Shown one piece after another: positions 34,180 through 43,995 of a DNA stretch of 56,898 bases. The stretch is from Poseidonia sp. GTDB lineage: Archaea > Thermoplasmatota > Poseidoniia > Poseidoniales > Poseidoniaceae. The notes beneath the pieces were generated by a model. That model had not been told where the DNA came from. It did no database searches and saw nothing but the letters and a program-made list of their open reading frames with translations. The position numbers were made by a program, and so were the translations under genes. Numbering within the stretch: the first letter of the stretch is position 1; the number at the start of each line of letters is the position of its first letter. The DNA lies in NCBI GenBank assembly GCA_038136695.1, contig JAYQAK010000001.1, forward strand, positions 1 to 56,898, in the 5' to 3' direction.

Positions 34180-35817
34180 ATGGTCTTGACCCGTGTCGTG
34201 GATGTTTTGGTCAGGCCAGAAGGAAAGGTGCGCCATCTGGCGCTGGAACCCAATCGTTCATCCATGGCTTGGGTGGAGGGTCTCAAGCAGGTGTTCGTTG
34301 GCGATGTGAACGAGGCTGCATCGGTTGATGTGACGCAACGCATCGATCATCCTCAACGCATCAACCTCTTGCAGTTCCATCATGACCGTCTTCTGGTGGG
34401 GGACGATTTGGACGGCCTGACTGTTTACGCTCGTGACGGTTCCGTCGCCCAATCCTTTGCGGTGGACGGTGGGCTGCAGTGTCTTGAACGCCACGAAGAA
34501 GTCCTGGTGGGAATATCGGGTATGGGGCATCTGGTTGCACTCAACAACGACGGAAGTGTGGACGATTTGACAGCGATGCTCGGTCTTGAAGATTGCATTC
34601 ATTTGGCCGTCCACGGAACGCGGCTCTTCGTCGCCACCCAAGCAGGCGATGTGGTCGCCATTCACCAGCGAGAAGTCGTTTGGAAGCGCCCGGCTCGCGG
34701 GGACATCGGTGAGCGAATCACAAGTCTTGGAACGACCTCAGAGGGGAGCCTCTTCCTCACTCGTGAAGGTCATGCATTGGTTGGTGGCGATGAAGAAGCC
34801 ATTGAATTCGAATTTTGGGTGAACGATGGTTTGCTAAAGCGAGAAGACCTTCGTATGCGAATGCTTACTTCCTGCACATCGCCTCAAGGTGCTATCCTTG
34901 GATGCGATGATGGCAGCGTTTTGAGGTTGGACGAGCACGGTGATTTGGAGCCGTTGATGTCCACCAACCACCCGATTTTTTGCTGCCTCGAACACCAGGG
35001 ACACGTTCTCGCCGCTTCATGGTTTTACATCCACGGAACAAACGGTGACGATGTCTGGAAAGTTGAACACCAAGGCATGCCTTCGAAGATGATCGTGCAT
35101 CCCGAAAACGGGCTCGTGTTGTTTGCGGGTGACGACCAAAACGACTACACCTCGGCCGAACCAATCGGCGTCATTGACCTCAATCAGCCAGCAATTGACA
35201 TGGATGAGGCCGAACTCACGTTGTGGTTTGATGTTTCAACATCAAGTCCACCTCCTACCGCTGAAGCGTTGTATGCAGATGCAGATGATGTTCTTGAACA
35301 CCTCACGGAAGATGAGCGTGCATCCTACGGTCACCAAACCGCCACCCATGATGCTCACGACCGCCTTCTTGCCGCCATGGGTGAATCCGGAGAACCCCTC
35401 CTTACCGAAACAACCGGTGCAGGGGATGAATTGGATGCCGACCTCTTGATGGAGGCTCTCCAGGGCGTGGGAGAACTCACCTTGGAACAGGCCGACGACC
35501 TGCTTGATGCTCTTCAGGCTGCGGTTGAGGATGTGCATCGGCCTCAAGCCGTCGCTGGCGAAGACCAGCGGGTGTTGGCGGACGATGACGGCACGGCTAT
35601 TGTCCATCTCGACGGGCGAGGAACCAATGATCCGCACGGACTGGTGGTGCGTTCCTCGTGGCACAACGAACGTGGAGAAGAGTTGGTGGCGAATCTTCAA
35701 TTGAAGCTCAGGTTGCCTCTTGGCCTTCACCGGTTTGAGTTGAGGGTGGTGGACCGGGACGGTTCTTGGACCACCGATAGCCTCGCTGTCGATGTTGTTT
35801 CATCCTCAACCTCATGA
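34180..35817 (+). CDS. Hypothetical beta-propeller repeat protein with an acidic linker and a C-terminal PKD-like domain
   Basis: Repetitive ...G.V.a....G... blades, a D/E-rich segment (aa ~375-470), and a C-terminus ...DGRGTNDPHGLVVRSSWHNERGEEL...GLHRFELRVVDRDGSWTTDSLAVDV that resembles a PKD domain. No obvious signal peptide. Confidence 0.5.
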   Translation: MVLTRVVDVLVRPEGKVRHLALEPNRSSMAWVEGLKQVFVGDVNEAASVDVTQRIDHPQRINLLQFHHDRLLVGDDLDGLTVYARDGSVAQSFAVDGGLQCLERHEEVLVGISGMGHLVALNNDGSVDDLTAMLGLEDCIHLAVHGTRLFVATQAGDVVAIHQREVVWKRPARGDIGERITSLGTTSEGSLFLTREGHALVGGDEEAIEFEFWVNDGLLKREDLRMRMLTSCTSPQGAILGCDDGSVLRLDEHGDLEPLMSTNHPIFCCLEHQGHVLAASWFYIHGTNGDDVWKVEHQGMPSKMIVHPENGLVLFAGDDQNDYTSAEPIGVIDLNQPAIDMDEAELTLWFDVSTSSPPPTAEALYADADDVLEHLTEDERASYGHQTATHDAHDRLLAAMGESGEPLLTETTGAGDELDADLLMEALQGVGELTLEQADDLLDALQAAVEDVHRPQAVAGEDQRVLADDDGTAIVHLDGRGTNDPHGLVVRSSWHNERGEELVANLQLKLRLPLGLHRFELRVVDRDGSWTTDSLAVDVVSSSTS

Positions 35818-36605
35818 AGGACAGGCCGCTGCCAAGGGTCATGGGCGTACGAAATCCGTGGCTTGAGCACTTCTTTGTGGGCCCGTTGCAAATGCGTTGT
35901 TCGGTCATCACCGACCCTGCAACCGGTGACACCCTCATCGTCGATGGAGGAGATGAGCCTCAGCGCATCATTGATTGGGTTGATGGGTTCGAAGGAACCG
36001 GGCCTAATTGGACCACCGGTCCAACGAATGCAGAAGAGGCTGAAGGCCTCCCCAAGCGCAAGGTGGTTGCCTTGGTCAACACGCATGCGCACTTCGACCA
36101 CAGTGGCTTCATCCCCGCTTTGCGAGAGCACTACGGCGTGGAGTGGTATCTTCACCCAGACGATAATTTCCTTCAGACCTTGGCACAAGCATCAGGGCGA
36201 CGCTATGGCCTGGCGCTTCCGGAGCCTGCGGTTGCCGACCGGGCTTTTGAAGCCGGTCAAACCTACATGTTTGGTAGTCTTGAACTGCATGTCCTTCACA
36301 CGCCGGGGCACACCTTGGGTGGTTGCTGTTTGCTGCTTGCGGTTGAGGATGGACCCGACCACGTGTTTGTTGGAGATACACTGTTTGCTGGCTCTGTTGG
36401 TCGAACGGATATCGAGAATTCTGGAGGAGATTTTGATCTCCTCGCTCAATCCATCCACACGCAATTGTGGCCTCTGGATGAACAAACGGTGGTGCATCCG
36501 GGACACGGTCCACTGACGACCATCGGCCATGAGCGACGGACCAACCCCTTCGTTGGTGATGCAGCAGGTCCTGGAGGCTCCTACGGCTTCGGGAAATACG
36601 CTTGA
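35814..36605 (+). CDS. MBL-fold metallo-hydrolase (glyoxalase II-like)
   Basis: HxHxDH motif NTHAHFDHSG, HTPGHTLGG and ...GDTLFAGSVGRTD.... ATGA overlap with the upstream gene. Confidence 0.75.
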   Translation: MKDRPLPRVMGVRNPWLEHFFVGPLQMRCSVITDPATGDTLIVDGGDEPQRIIDWVDGFEGTGPNWTTGPTNAEEAEGLPKRKVVALVNTHAHFDHSGFIPALREHYGVEWYLHPDDNFLQTLAQASGRRYGLALPEPAVADRAFEAGQTYMFGSLELHVLHTPGHTLGGCCLLLAVEDGPDHVFVGDTLFAGSVGRTDIENSGGDFDLLAQSIHTQLWPLDEQTVVHPGHGPLTTIGHERRTNPFVGDAAGPGGSYGFGKYA

Positions 36606-37532
36606 TCATCCCATCATGGATTGCAAGCTAGCGTGCAACACCGGGAGTGCTTCTTCCCACGTGGCGACGATGCCGTAATCAGCGTGCTGGAAAATCGGGG
36701 CGTCCGCATCCTTGTTGATGGCGACGATGTATTTCGAAGAACGCATACCAGCGAGGTGTTGAATGGCACCGGAAATACCGACGGCGATGTACAAGTTGGG
36801 GTTCACGGTCTTTCCGGTCTGCCCCACCTGCATGGCGTGAGGGATGGCTTCCCATGTATCGACGGCCGCACGGGAGGCTCCCACAGCGGCTCCGATGGTG
36901 TCGGCGATGGCTTCGAGATGAACGAAATTGTCGGGAGAACCCATGCCACGGCCACCTGAGATGATGATGTTCGCTTCGGCGACATCAAGGCGTTGGGAGG
37001 CACGTGCCATGAATTCCACAACCGAGGTAGCTACGTCACCGGTGGTGTCGATCACGGAAGCTTCGCTGGCTCCACCGGTAGCGGCGGGAAAGACATTGGA
37101 GCGAACCGAAATCACCGCAGGACCGGAGAGTGAAACGGTTTGCATGGCTTTTCCAGAGTACACGGGGGACGTGACGTTGTTGCCTTCAATGGCCACGGCA
37201 TCCTGCACAACGGCCAAGTTGCGGCGTGCTGCGATGCGGGCTGCGAGGTCTTTTGATTGGGGACTGGCACCTGTGATGAGGGTGCCGTGAGGCGAAACGG
37301 CATCAAGCGCTGCTGCCCAACCTTGAGCGTCGTAGTGGGCAAAAGCGTCGGCTTTGGCAGCGATGATGGCGCCTGCACCCATGTTGGCCGCACCGCTGGC
37401 TTGGGATGCGTCCGTGCATGGGACGACCACGGTCGGGGCATCTCCAAAGGTCATGGCTGCGGAGATCAATTCCGCAGTGCTGGCGTGAACGGCGTTGTTG
37501 CTCATTTCTGCAATTACAATGGTCTGTGTCAT
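36606..37532 (-). CDS. etfA: Electron transfer flavoprotein alpha subunit
   Basis: C-terminal FAD-binding signature ...LYIAVGISGAIQHLAGM...IVAINKD..APIF and a length of 308 aa, downstream of etfB. Confidence 0.9.
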   Translation of the reverse strand: MTQTIVIAEMSNNAVHASTAELISAAMTFGDAPTVVVPCTDASQASGAANMGAGAIIAAKADAFAHYDAQGWAAALDAVSPHGTLITGASPQSKDLAARIAARRNLAVVQDAVAIEGNNVTSPVYSGKAMQTVSLSGPAVISVRSNVFPAATGGASEASVIDTTGDVATSVVEFMARASQRLDVAEANIIISGGRGMGSPDNFVHLEAIADTIGAAVGASRAAVDTWEAIPHAMQVGQTGKTVNPNLYIAVGISGAIQHLAGMRSSKYIVAINKDADAPIFQHADYGIVATWEEALPVLHASLQSMMG

Positions 37533-37541
37533 TTCTTCACC

Positions 37542-38279
37542 TCAGAGTACGTTGGCTTCATCACGAAGCAAGTTGGCTACCTCGGCCGCAGCATCGCCGC
37601 CCTGGTAGGTTTTTCCAGCAGGTTTGGCAGGAGGGAGCGTTTGGCCCACGACGGTAACGGTCGACGAAGGAACCTCTATAGAACGAACGTCAACAGTGGC
37701 TTTCTTAGCCTGCATGATGCCCTTGACGTTTGGTTTTCGGACCTTGAAATCACCTTTGTCGCAGGAGATCACGGCGGGAAGGGGAACATTGAGTTTGGCG
37801 TTTCCACCACCGCTCGGGCTCACCACGGAGAGTCCTCCAGCAAAGTCAGCACCGATGATGTTGGAAGCAGAAGCCCAGCCAAGGCGTTCTGCAAGGCCGG
37901 GGCCCGTTGAGCCAGCGCCGGTGTCAGCAGCGGATTTGCCGCAGTACACCACTTCACCGTTCAATTCGGCAACTGCTGAGGCCAGTACGGTTTGGAGGGC
38001 ATTCGAATCCAAGTCGCCCTCAGCGTCGATACGGACGATGTGATCAACACCAATGGCTTTGGCGTCCTTGAGGATTTTTTCTGCTCCTGCCCCGCCAACG
38101 GTGAGGGCCGTCACTTCACCACCAGCAGCCTCTTTGTGTTGCATGGCGGTTTCTACCGCAAATTCGTCGTAAGGACTCATGACCATTTTCACGGAAGAAA
38201 GGTCAACGCGGCCGCCGTTGACAACGATTTTGGCGTTGGTATCGGGAACTTGTTTGACAAGGACAATGATGTTCGGCAT
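37542..38279 (-). CDS. etfB: Electron transfer flavoprotein beta subunit
   Basis: MPNIIVLVKQVPDTNAKI... is a typical EtfB N-terminus. Start set at the internal ATG (38279); the track start at 38336 adds 19 aa. Confidence 0.85.
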   Translation of the reverse strand: MPNIIVLVKQVPDTNAKIVVNGGRVDLSSVKMVMSPYDEFAVETAMQHKEAAGGEVTALTVGGAGAEKILKDAKAIGVDHIVRIDAEGDLDSNALQTVLASAVAELNGEVVYCGKSAADTGAGSTGPGLAERLGWASASNIIGADFAGGLSVVSPSGGGNAKLNVPLPAVISCDKGDFKVRKPNVKGIMQAKKATVDVRSIEVPSSTVTVVGQTLPPAKPAGKTYQGGDAAAEVANLLRDEANVL

Positions 38280-38423
38280 GTGGTGACGCTCCAGTTCTGC
38301 TAGAACCACCGAGACGCGATTCAAGAACCTTGTCACTTCACCTCATGGCCGGTCGCTTCGGAGGAGGAAATTCTCGGGTGCTGAGGGTAGGCTTATGAAC
38401 CGTCCCGACACCGGAAAAACTCC

Positions 38424-39275
38424 ATGTCGCCGCCAAATGAAGTGGACCTTGACCCGCAAGAGAAAGACATCCTCCGCGAATGGAGGGAACTGTTGGTTGA
38501 ACACTACACCGAGGACATCAAGCGCTTGAAGGGAAACCCTGCGCTGGTCCACGGTTTTGAGATTGAACACGCCCTCATGGACCGTTCCGAGACCCTTCGT
38601 CGAGAGTTTCACCTCTCCCCCACACGCACGTTGAACTTGGGCACTCGCGTGCTTCAGGAGCAGTTTGAAGAACACACGGTTCGGATGCGCCCAGTCATCC
38701 GCGTGGTTGGTCTTTCAGACAATTACCTCCGCCAAGTCGACGATCTCCGGATGCGAGACCGCAATCAGGTCGTTTGTGTCGACGTCCACATCAGCGATGT
38801 CTCGCCGCCCTACGGTTGGTTGTGTTTGGCGGTCTACCAGTGCATCGACTGCTCTCATCAGGTCCATCTTTTCCAACGAAGAGGAAGGGAGCGAGAAAGC
38901 CCGACGTTTTGCGAACCTTGTCTCGACCGGATGATTGAACGGATGGGGGATGACGACGCGCCGGTTCCACCGTTTCCCAGGCGAGGGCGGTTCAAGATGC
39001 TGGTTGAGGATTGCAAATACGAAGACGTGCAAGATATCCGCATGAATCAAGTGGTCTACAACGACGATCACTTCATCCTCAACACGTCCTCCAAGCATCC
39101 ACTGATTGGTACCATGGCCGATGATTTGGTCGGCGAAATCGGGCAGGTGAAGTACGCCAGAATCAACGGCATCGTGCGGGTGCAACCGGTTCCAGACCGC
39201 AACTTTGCGAAGGATACTCGGCGCATCTTGAGCCTTGACGTCTTGAGCGTTGAACCGTTGGCGCTCAAGGAATGA
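38424..39275 (+). CDS. Stand-alone MCM N-terminal-domain-like protein (helical subdomain, Zn ribbon and OB fold; no AAA+ module)
   Basis: IRVVGLSDNYLRQVDDLRMRDRNQVVCVDVHISDVSPPYGWLCLAVYQCIDCSHQ...FCEPC...FKMLVEDCKYEDVQDIRMNQ...LVGEIGQVKYARINGIV follows the MCM NTD pattern, with C-x2-C-x18-C-x2-C inside the OB fold. The ORF ends at 283 aa and the next gene is on the opposite strand. Confidence 0.55.
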   Translation: MSPPNEVDLDPQEKDILREWRELLVEHYTEDIKRLKGNPALVHGFEIEHALMDRSETLRREFHLSPTRTLNLGTRVLQEQFEEHTVRMRPVIRVVGLSDNYLRQVDDLRMRDRNQVVCVDVHISDVSPPYGWLCLAVYQCIDCSHQVHLFQRRGRERESPTFCEPCLDRMIERMGDDDAPVPPFPRRGRFKMLVEDCKYEDVQDIRMNQVVYNDDHFILNTSSKHPLIGTMADDLVGEIGQVKYARINGIVRVQPVPDRNFAKDTRRILSLDVLSVEPLALKE

Positions 39276-39279
39276 GGCC

Positions 39280-40425
39280 TCAGCCTTGGGTCAAGGCCGT
39301 GACCTTCTCCAACCATTCTGGATGCTGTTGGAAATGATCGTGCACGGCCATCAGGCCTTTTGCGATACCATCAGCAACGCCGAATTTTGCATCGAGCGGG
39401 TGGAGTGTCCCGTCCATGACAGCACCCCGAAACGCATCGAGCGAGGTCCAGGTTGACGGCTCACCAAAACGAGGGTCAGGCGTGACCACGATTTCTCCAA
39501 ATTCTGCCAGCACGATGTGTTCGGCGAGTTCGTATACCGGCGAATCGGGGTCGTCGGGTGAGATGTAGGCTTTCTTCATCTTCTTTCGTACCTCTTCCTG
39601 GGTGTCGTGGACGAGCAAGGCACCCTTCGGGTCGGATTTGGACATTTTATGATCAAAGGATTCCATCCTTGCACCCGATGCTTTCAGCGAGGAAATGATC
39701 GGCGTGTGAAGGCATGTTGCTTTGAGCCAGCCGTACTTTGAGGCAACGTCTCGCATGAACATGTGCGCTTTTCGCTGGTCCATGCCGCCAATGGCGACAT
39801 CGATGTTCATTTCAAAAATGTCAGAAGCTTGCATGGCAGGGTAGTAGAACTTTGAGAGGTCGTGGTCAGAAGAAGCCTCATCGCGGCCCATGATGGTGAA
39901 GGTTTTGCGAACCATGGCGAGGGTAGCGCCCTTTGAGCAACGAAGCACCCTGGCCCAGTATTCGCTGGATTCCATCACCTCGGAGGCCCACATAAATCGC
40001 AATTGCCCCGGCCCTTCTCCCTCGTCAGGATGGCCGAGCAAGGCCCGAAACGTCTCTTCCATGTAGTGGGCAGTCGTTTGTATGGCGTCCATGTCGCCGT
40101 TGAATTTGTCGTTGACCCAAGCGTGCCAGTCAGCGAGGAAAATCATCACGTTGGCGTTGGCATCAAGCATTCGCTTGCACTGCAAAGCCAGCACTTTCCA
40201 GCCAATGTGGGCTTTGCCACTTGGTTCGAAGCCGACGTAACAGCGAATCACGTCATCGCCTCCGTGGCTTTCTTGACCGTTCAACACGCCCACGAGATGT
40301 TCAACACCGACCACTTCCTGAACGTGGCCAACCATGTCCATGAGTCGGTCTCTGTCCTGTCCACCCAAGGCATCGTACCCTTCGGTTGCTGCAAGCAACG
40401 CATGAAGGTCTTGGGTGTCGCTCAT
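39280..40425 (-). CDS. tyrS: Class Ic aminoacyl-tRNA synthetase, most likely tyrosine--tRNA ligase
   Basis: YVGFEPSGKAHIGW (HIGH-region equivalent), FLADWHAWVNDK and KMSKS. Tyr versus Trp specificity was not resolved by eye. Confidence 0.6.
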   Translation of the reverse strand: MSDTQDLHALLAATEGYDALGGQDRDRLMDMVGHVQEVVGVEHLVGVLNGQESHGGDDVIRCYVGFEPSGKAHIGWKVLALQCKRMLDANANVMIFLADWHAWVNDKFNGDMDAIQTTAHYMEETFRALLGHPDEGEGPGQLRFMWASEVMESSEYWARVLRCSKGATLAMVRKTFTIMGRDEASSDHDLSKFYYPAMQASDIFEMNIDVAIGGMDQRKAHMFMRDVASKYGWLKATCLHTPIISSLKASGARMESFDHKMSKSDPKGALLVHDTQEEVRKKMKKAYISPDDPDSPVYELAEHIVLAEFGEIVVTPDPRFGEPSTWTSLDAFRGAVMDGTLHPLDAKFGVADGIAKGLMAVHDHFQQHPEWLEKVTALTQG

Positions 40426-40435
40426 GGCTTGCCCC

Positions 40436-40960
40436 TCAGAACATGTCGTTGAGTTTCTTCACCTTGGATTCTGAAGGGAGGTTGCCCTCTTCGATGGTGG
40501 TTTCGAGTTCATCAATCAGTGCGTTCGCTGCGTCGATGGTGCTTTGGTCAAGATTGTTCATCATCTCCATGGACTTGTGAGCCATTTTGATGGCGGATTT
40601 TGCCTTGGAGATCTTTTTGGCATCTTCTTTGGCCTTGTCACCCCGTTGCTTGGCGTTGTAGCCGGTCGCTTCGTCGAGGAACCCCGACCAGCGCTTTCGG
40701 GACTCCATGGCCTTCTCACGTCCTCCTTCGCTGTCCAGGAACGCAGCCAAATCTCCGCCTTTGAGTTGCTCAACATCCACAGCGAGTTTTCCTGCGTTGT
40801 CAAACGACCCTTGGACGCGCGTGAGGAGGCCGAAAGAGCCGTGAAACACACCGTCTGCATCCACGTTGATGTTCTCGAAATATTTCGTGGCCAGTTTTGC
40901 CAATCCGGCGTTTCCACCCATGGTTTTGATGAGGCCTCGTTTGACAGCAAATCGCTCCAT
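40436..40960 (-). CDS. Hypothetical soluble protein with a K/E-rich helical C-terminus
   Basis: Start set at the ATG for MERFAVKRG.... The upstream part of the 298-aa track ORF is S/A/P/R-rich (shadow-like) and would overlap the divergent gene's promoter. Alternative start at 41065. Confidence 0.5.
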   Translation of the reverse strand: MERFAVKRGLIKTMGGNAGLAKLATKYFENINVDADGVFHGSFGLLTRVQGSFDNAGKLAVDVEQLKGGDLAAFLDSEGGREKAMESRKRWSGFLDEATGYNAKQRGDKAKEDAKKISKAKSAIKMAHKSMEMMNNLDQSTIDAANALIDELETTIEEGNLPSESKVKKLNDMF

Positions 40961-41020
40961 GTGAGTGGCAGCGGTCGCGGTCTCATAAGGCTCACCGTCA
41001 GCAAGGCATGAATGGAGCCG

Positions 41021-41033
41021 TTCATAGGGGAGG
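41021..41033 (+). promoter_or_regulatory. Putative TATA-like promoter element upstream of the 41064 gene
   Basis: TTCATAGGGGAGG begins 43 nt upstream of the ATG, the same motif and spacing as at rpl37e. GGTGGG precedes the ATG. Confidence 0.4.
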
Positions 41034-41063
41034 AGTTTTGATGGGAAGAAAGGTGGGCGAACC

Positions 41064-42254
41064 ATGCGAACCCGGGTGCTGCTGGCCGTTGCCCTCGTGG
41101 CGTTGTTTGCCACACCGACGGCAATGGCCTCAGAATTTGTAACCCGCATCGACATGACCGATGAGGGCGCACTGGGTGAGACCGACTTGGGTATCAAAAC
41201 CGGGGCGGTTTCGCCGGACGGACAGGATGTGCTGGTGGCTGGTATGAACGGTTTTGCTCGTCTGCTTTCGGCCGACGAAGCCGACAACCGGGCCATGGAC
41301 GTTGAATTGGTCACTGGTCGAAACAGCACCATTCATGACATCGCTTGGCACCCTCAGGGAAAAACAGCATTGCTGGTCGGCGAGGAAGGCTTCGCCATGC
41401 GGTACGATACCGACGACCACAGCGTGACCTACGTGAACGGAACGTTCTCGGTGTTGGGTTACGACCTCAGCGCCGTCGTCTGGAGGCCTTCTGGTGATTT
41501 TGCCTACGTCGCTGCCACCGACGGCTCGGTGTGGAAATTTGCTGAACACACCGGATTTGAGCGGCTGGAGAACCTCGGCGTCAGCCAAGTGACCGATTTG
41601 GACTGTCACCGCAACTACAACGTTTGCTTCATTGCCTCGCTTGATGAAGGCTTGGCGGTGATTGATCGTGACCACAGGGTCACCTGGATCAGTCAAACGG
41701 CCGGGCAAACCTGGGTCGGTGTTGATTGCTCAAGCCCAACGCTCAACGAATGTGTTGCATTTGCAAGCGGCCTCGCCAGCAACGTGATTCGCATTGACAA
41801 CCAGTACCCCGAACGCTCTTCGGTCGAAGGCCTTCCAATGCGCGTTGAACTTCCAACTGGAGAGCACATCGGCGTGTCCAGGGGTCACGACGGAACGGCC
41901 CTGGTTCACTTGGCGCCGCTCGGATTGATTCGCCATGACGCCTTGGCCAATACGGTCTATTCCGTACTCATGCCCGAAGACGCCGCTGCGTGGGACGAAG
42001 TCATCGGTGGTCGTGCATTGGCGGTGGTCTGGGAAACCAGCCTCCATCGTGGATTCTTCATCACCGAATACGGCAACATCGTTTCGTTCATGCCCGCAAC
42101 GGAGGAGATCGAAACAGGCATCATGGATGTGTTGGTTCTCGGTGCGGTGGCCATTTCGGTACCCGGGGTCATCATCGGTCTCGTTTACATGAACAGCCCT
42201 TTCCTGCAACGAAAATACCACGAATGGCGCTTCGGGAAGAAGAAGCGAAGGTAG
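41064..42254 (+). CDS. Secreted, C-terminally membrane-anchored beta-propeller-like protein
   Basis: Signal peptide MRTRVLLAVALVALFATPTAMA; repeated ...W.P.G...LVG..G... blades (Ycf48/BNR-like impression); C-terminal TM helix VLVLGAVAISVPGVIIGLVY followed by the basic tail KKKRR. Confidence 0.6.
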   Translation: MRTRVLLAVALVALFATPTAMASEFVTRIDMTDEGALGETDLGIKTGAVSPDGQDVLVAGMNGFARLLSADEADNRAMDVELVTGRNSTIHDIAWHPQGKTALLVGEEGFAMRYDTDDHSVTYVNGTFSVLGYDLSAVVWRPSGDFAYVAATDGSVWKFAEHTGFERLENLGVSQVTDLDCHRNYNVCFIASLDEGLAVIDRDHRVTWISQTAGQTWVGVDCSSPTLNECVAFASGLASNVIRIDNQYPERSSVEGLPMRVELPTGEHIGVSRGHDGTALVHLAPLGLIRHDALANTVYSVLMPEDAAAWDEVIGGRALAVVWETSLHRGFFITEYGNIVSFMPATEEIETGIMDVLVLGAVAISVPGVIIGLVYMNSPFLQRKYHEWRFGKKKRR

Positions 42255-42322
42255 GCTTCACTTCACGGTCAAAGGGTTATGTTGATGAAGCACCCGCGTG
42301 GCAGTTGAAACGAGGGAGCCCC

Positions 42323-43498
42323 ATGGAACCGTTTGAAGGCCTCGATTTTTACGACGTTGACAGCCTCCTGACCGAGGAGGAAATCATGATCCGGGACATG
42401 GTCCGGGAATGGGTCGATGAAGCGGTGATTCCGAAGATTGAACAAGCTTGTGAGGAGGGTGTGTTCCTCGATGAGTGGCGCGTGGCGCTTGGTGAAATGG
42501 GCGTCCTTGGCGCCCCCCTCAAGGGATACGGATGCCCGGGGCTGTCCTACGTCGCTTACGGCCTGATTTGTCAGGAACTGGAGCGAGGCGACAGTGGATT
42601 GCGTTCCTTTGCTTCCGTTCAAGGCTCCTTGGCCATGTACCCCATCTGGGATTTTGGTACCGAAGAGCAAAAAGAATTCTACCTCCCCAAGATGGCGTCC
42701 GGTGAATGGATTGGGTGCTTCGGCTTGACCGAACCCGATTACGGCTCCAATCCCGGCGACATGGTGACCAAGGCTGAAGACAAGGGCGACCACTACCTGC
42801 TCAACGGCGCCAAAATGTGGATCACCAACGGAACCATCGCTGATGTGGCCGTGGTCTGGGCCAAGTTGGATGGCGTTATTCGCGGCTTCATCGTCGAAAA
42901 AGGAGACGAGGGCTTCAGTGCACCCGAAATGAAAGGCAAGCATTCGTTGAAGGCCAGCGTGACCAGCGAACTGGTGTTCCAAGACTGCAAGATTCCCAAA
43001 GACCGCCTGCTTCCGGGCGTGAAGGGATTGCGCGGGCCGTTTTCCTGCTTGAACAACGCACGTTACGGCATTTCGTGGGGAGCGCTTGGTGCCGCCATGG
43101 CCTGCTTCCACAGCGCCAAGACCTACGCCCTCTCCCGCATTCAGTTTGACCACCCCATCGCATCGTACCAACTCGTCCAGAACAAACTGGCATGGATGCT
43201 CCGTGAAATCACCAAAGGCCAACTTCTGGCCTACCACCTTGGCAAGAAGAAAGACGACGGGACGTGGTTCCCCGAGCAAATTTCACTGGCCAAGATGAAC
43301 AACGTTGACATCGCCCTCGAAATCGCTCGCGTGGCCCGCGACATACACGGGGCGAACGGCATTTTGGACGAATACCCCGTCATGCGTCACATGGCCAATC
43401 TGGAGTCGGTGAAAACCTACGAAGGCACGCATGACATTCACAACCTCATTCTGGGACGATACATCACCGGGATACAGGCGTTTACTCGAGAAGCCTGA
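42323..43498 (+). CDS. Acyl-CoA dehydrogenase (glutaryl-CoA dehydrogenase-like)
   Basis: ...IGCFGLTEPDYGSNPG..., ...NGAKMWITNG... and C-terminal ...YEGTHDIHNLILGR... match ACAD signatures. Start at the in-frame ATG for MEPFEGLDFY (391 aa); the upstream 111 codons of the track ORF are rejected. Confidence 0.85.
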   Translation: MEPFEGLDFYDVDSLLTEEEIMIRDMVREWVDEAVIPKIEQACEEGVFLDEWRVALGEMGVLGAPLKGYGCPGLSYVAYGLICQELERGDSGLRSFASVQGSLAMYPIWDFGTEEQKEFYLPKMASGEWIGCFGLTEPDYGSNPGDMVTKAEDKGDHYLLNGAKMWITNGTIADVAVVWAKLDGVIRGFIVEKGDEGFSAPEMKGKHSLKASVTSELVFQDCKIPKDRLLPGVKGLRGPFSCLNNARYGISWGALGAAMACFHSAKTYALSRIQFDHPIASYQLVQNKLAWMLREITKGQLLAYHLGKKKDDGTWFPEQISLAKMNNVDIALEIARVARDIHGANGILDEYPVMRHMANLESVKTYEGTHDIHNLILGRYITGIQAFTREA

Positions 43499-43533
43499 GG
43501 CGATGGAAGACTTGATTCATTTGAGGCAGAACC

Positions 43534-43974
43534 ATGGTTGAATTGGGCCATTATGTGTTGTACGTGCGACAGATGGAGCCGATGGTTTCATTTTACAGAG
43601 ATGTCGTTGGATTAAACGTTGTTGGAACCACCTTTGGTGGACGGGCAACCGCCCTCAGCGGAGGGCGCACCCACCACGAATTGCTGTTGCTCGAGGTTGG
43701 AGATGCGCCCGGCCCGATGCGAGGCCATCGCATTGGTCTTTACCACACGGGATGGTGCATTGGTACTGAGGATGAGCAGCTTCTGAAGGCCAAGAAACGA
43801 TGCGAAGCACATGGGATCCGACTGATTGGTCAAAGTGACCATGGAGTTTCACACTCACTCTACGTCCTCGATCCCGATGGCAACGAAGTGGAGATGTACA
43901 TCGATGTGGAGGACTACGATTGGAAGAACGACCCAACCTGGCTCGAGCACCCTGTACGCCCCCTCGATCTTTAA
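43534..43974 (+). CDS. VOC-family (glyoxalase/extradiol dioxygenase fold) protein
   Basis: LGHYVLYVRQMEPMVSFYRDVVGL...HHELLLLE...LYHTGW...SHSLYVLDPDGNEVEMY is a typical VOC beta-alpha-beta-beta-beta pattern with metal-ligand H/E positions. Confidence 0.6.
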   Translation: MVELGHYVLYVRQMEPMVSFYRDVVGLNVVGTTFGGRATALSGGRTHHELLLLEVGDAPGPMRGHRIGLYHTGWCIGTEDEQLLKAKKRCEAHGIRLIGQSDHGVSHSLYVLDPDGNEVEMYIDVEDYDWKNDPTWLEHPVRPLDL

Positions 43975-43995
43975 TACGGGCGTCTTCATGGAGGC

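Noticed and set aside
41990-42322. The 5' extension of the acyl-CoA dehydrogenase ORF (111 extra codons) and similar upstream extensions (40961-41332, 46940-47398, 14474-14581, 29611-29769, 21956-22081, 9448-9540).
   Set aside because: The extensions are R/G/H/P-rich, overlap neighbouring genes or promoters, and precede internal ATG codons that give the canonical family N-termini.
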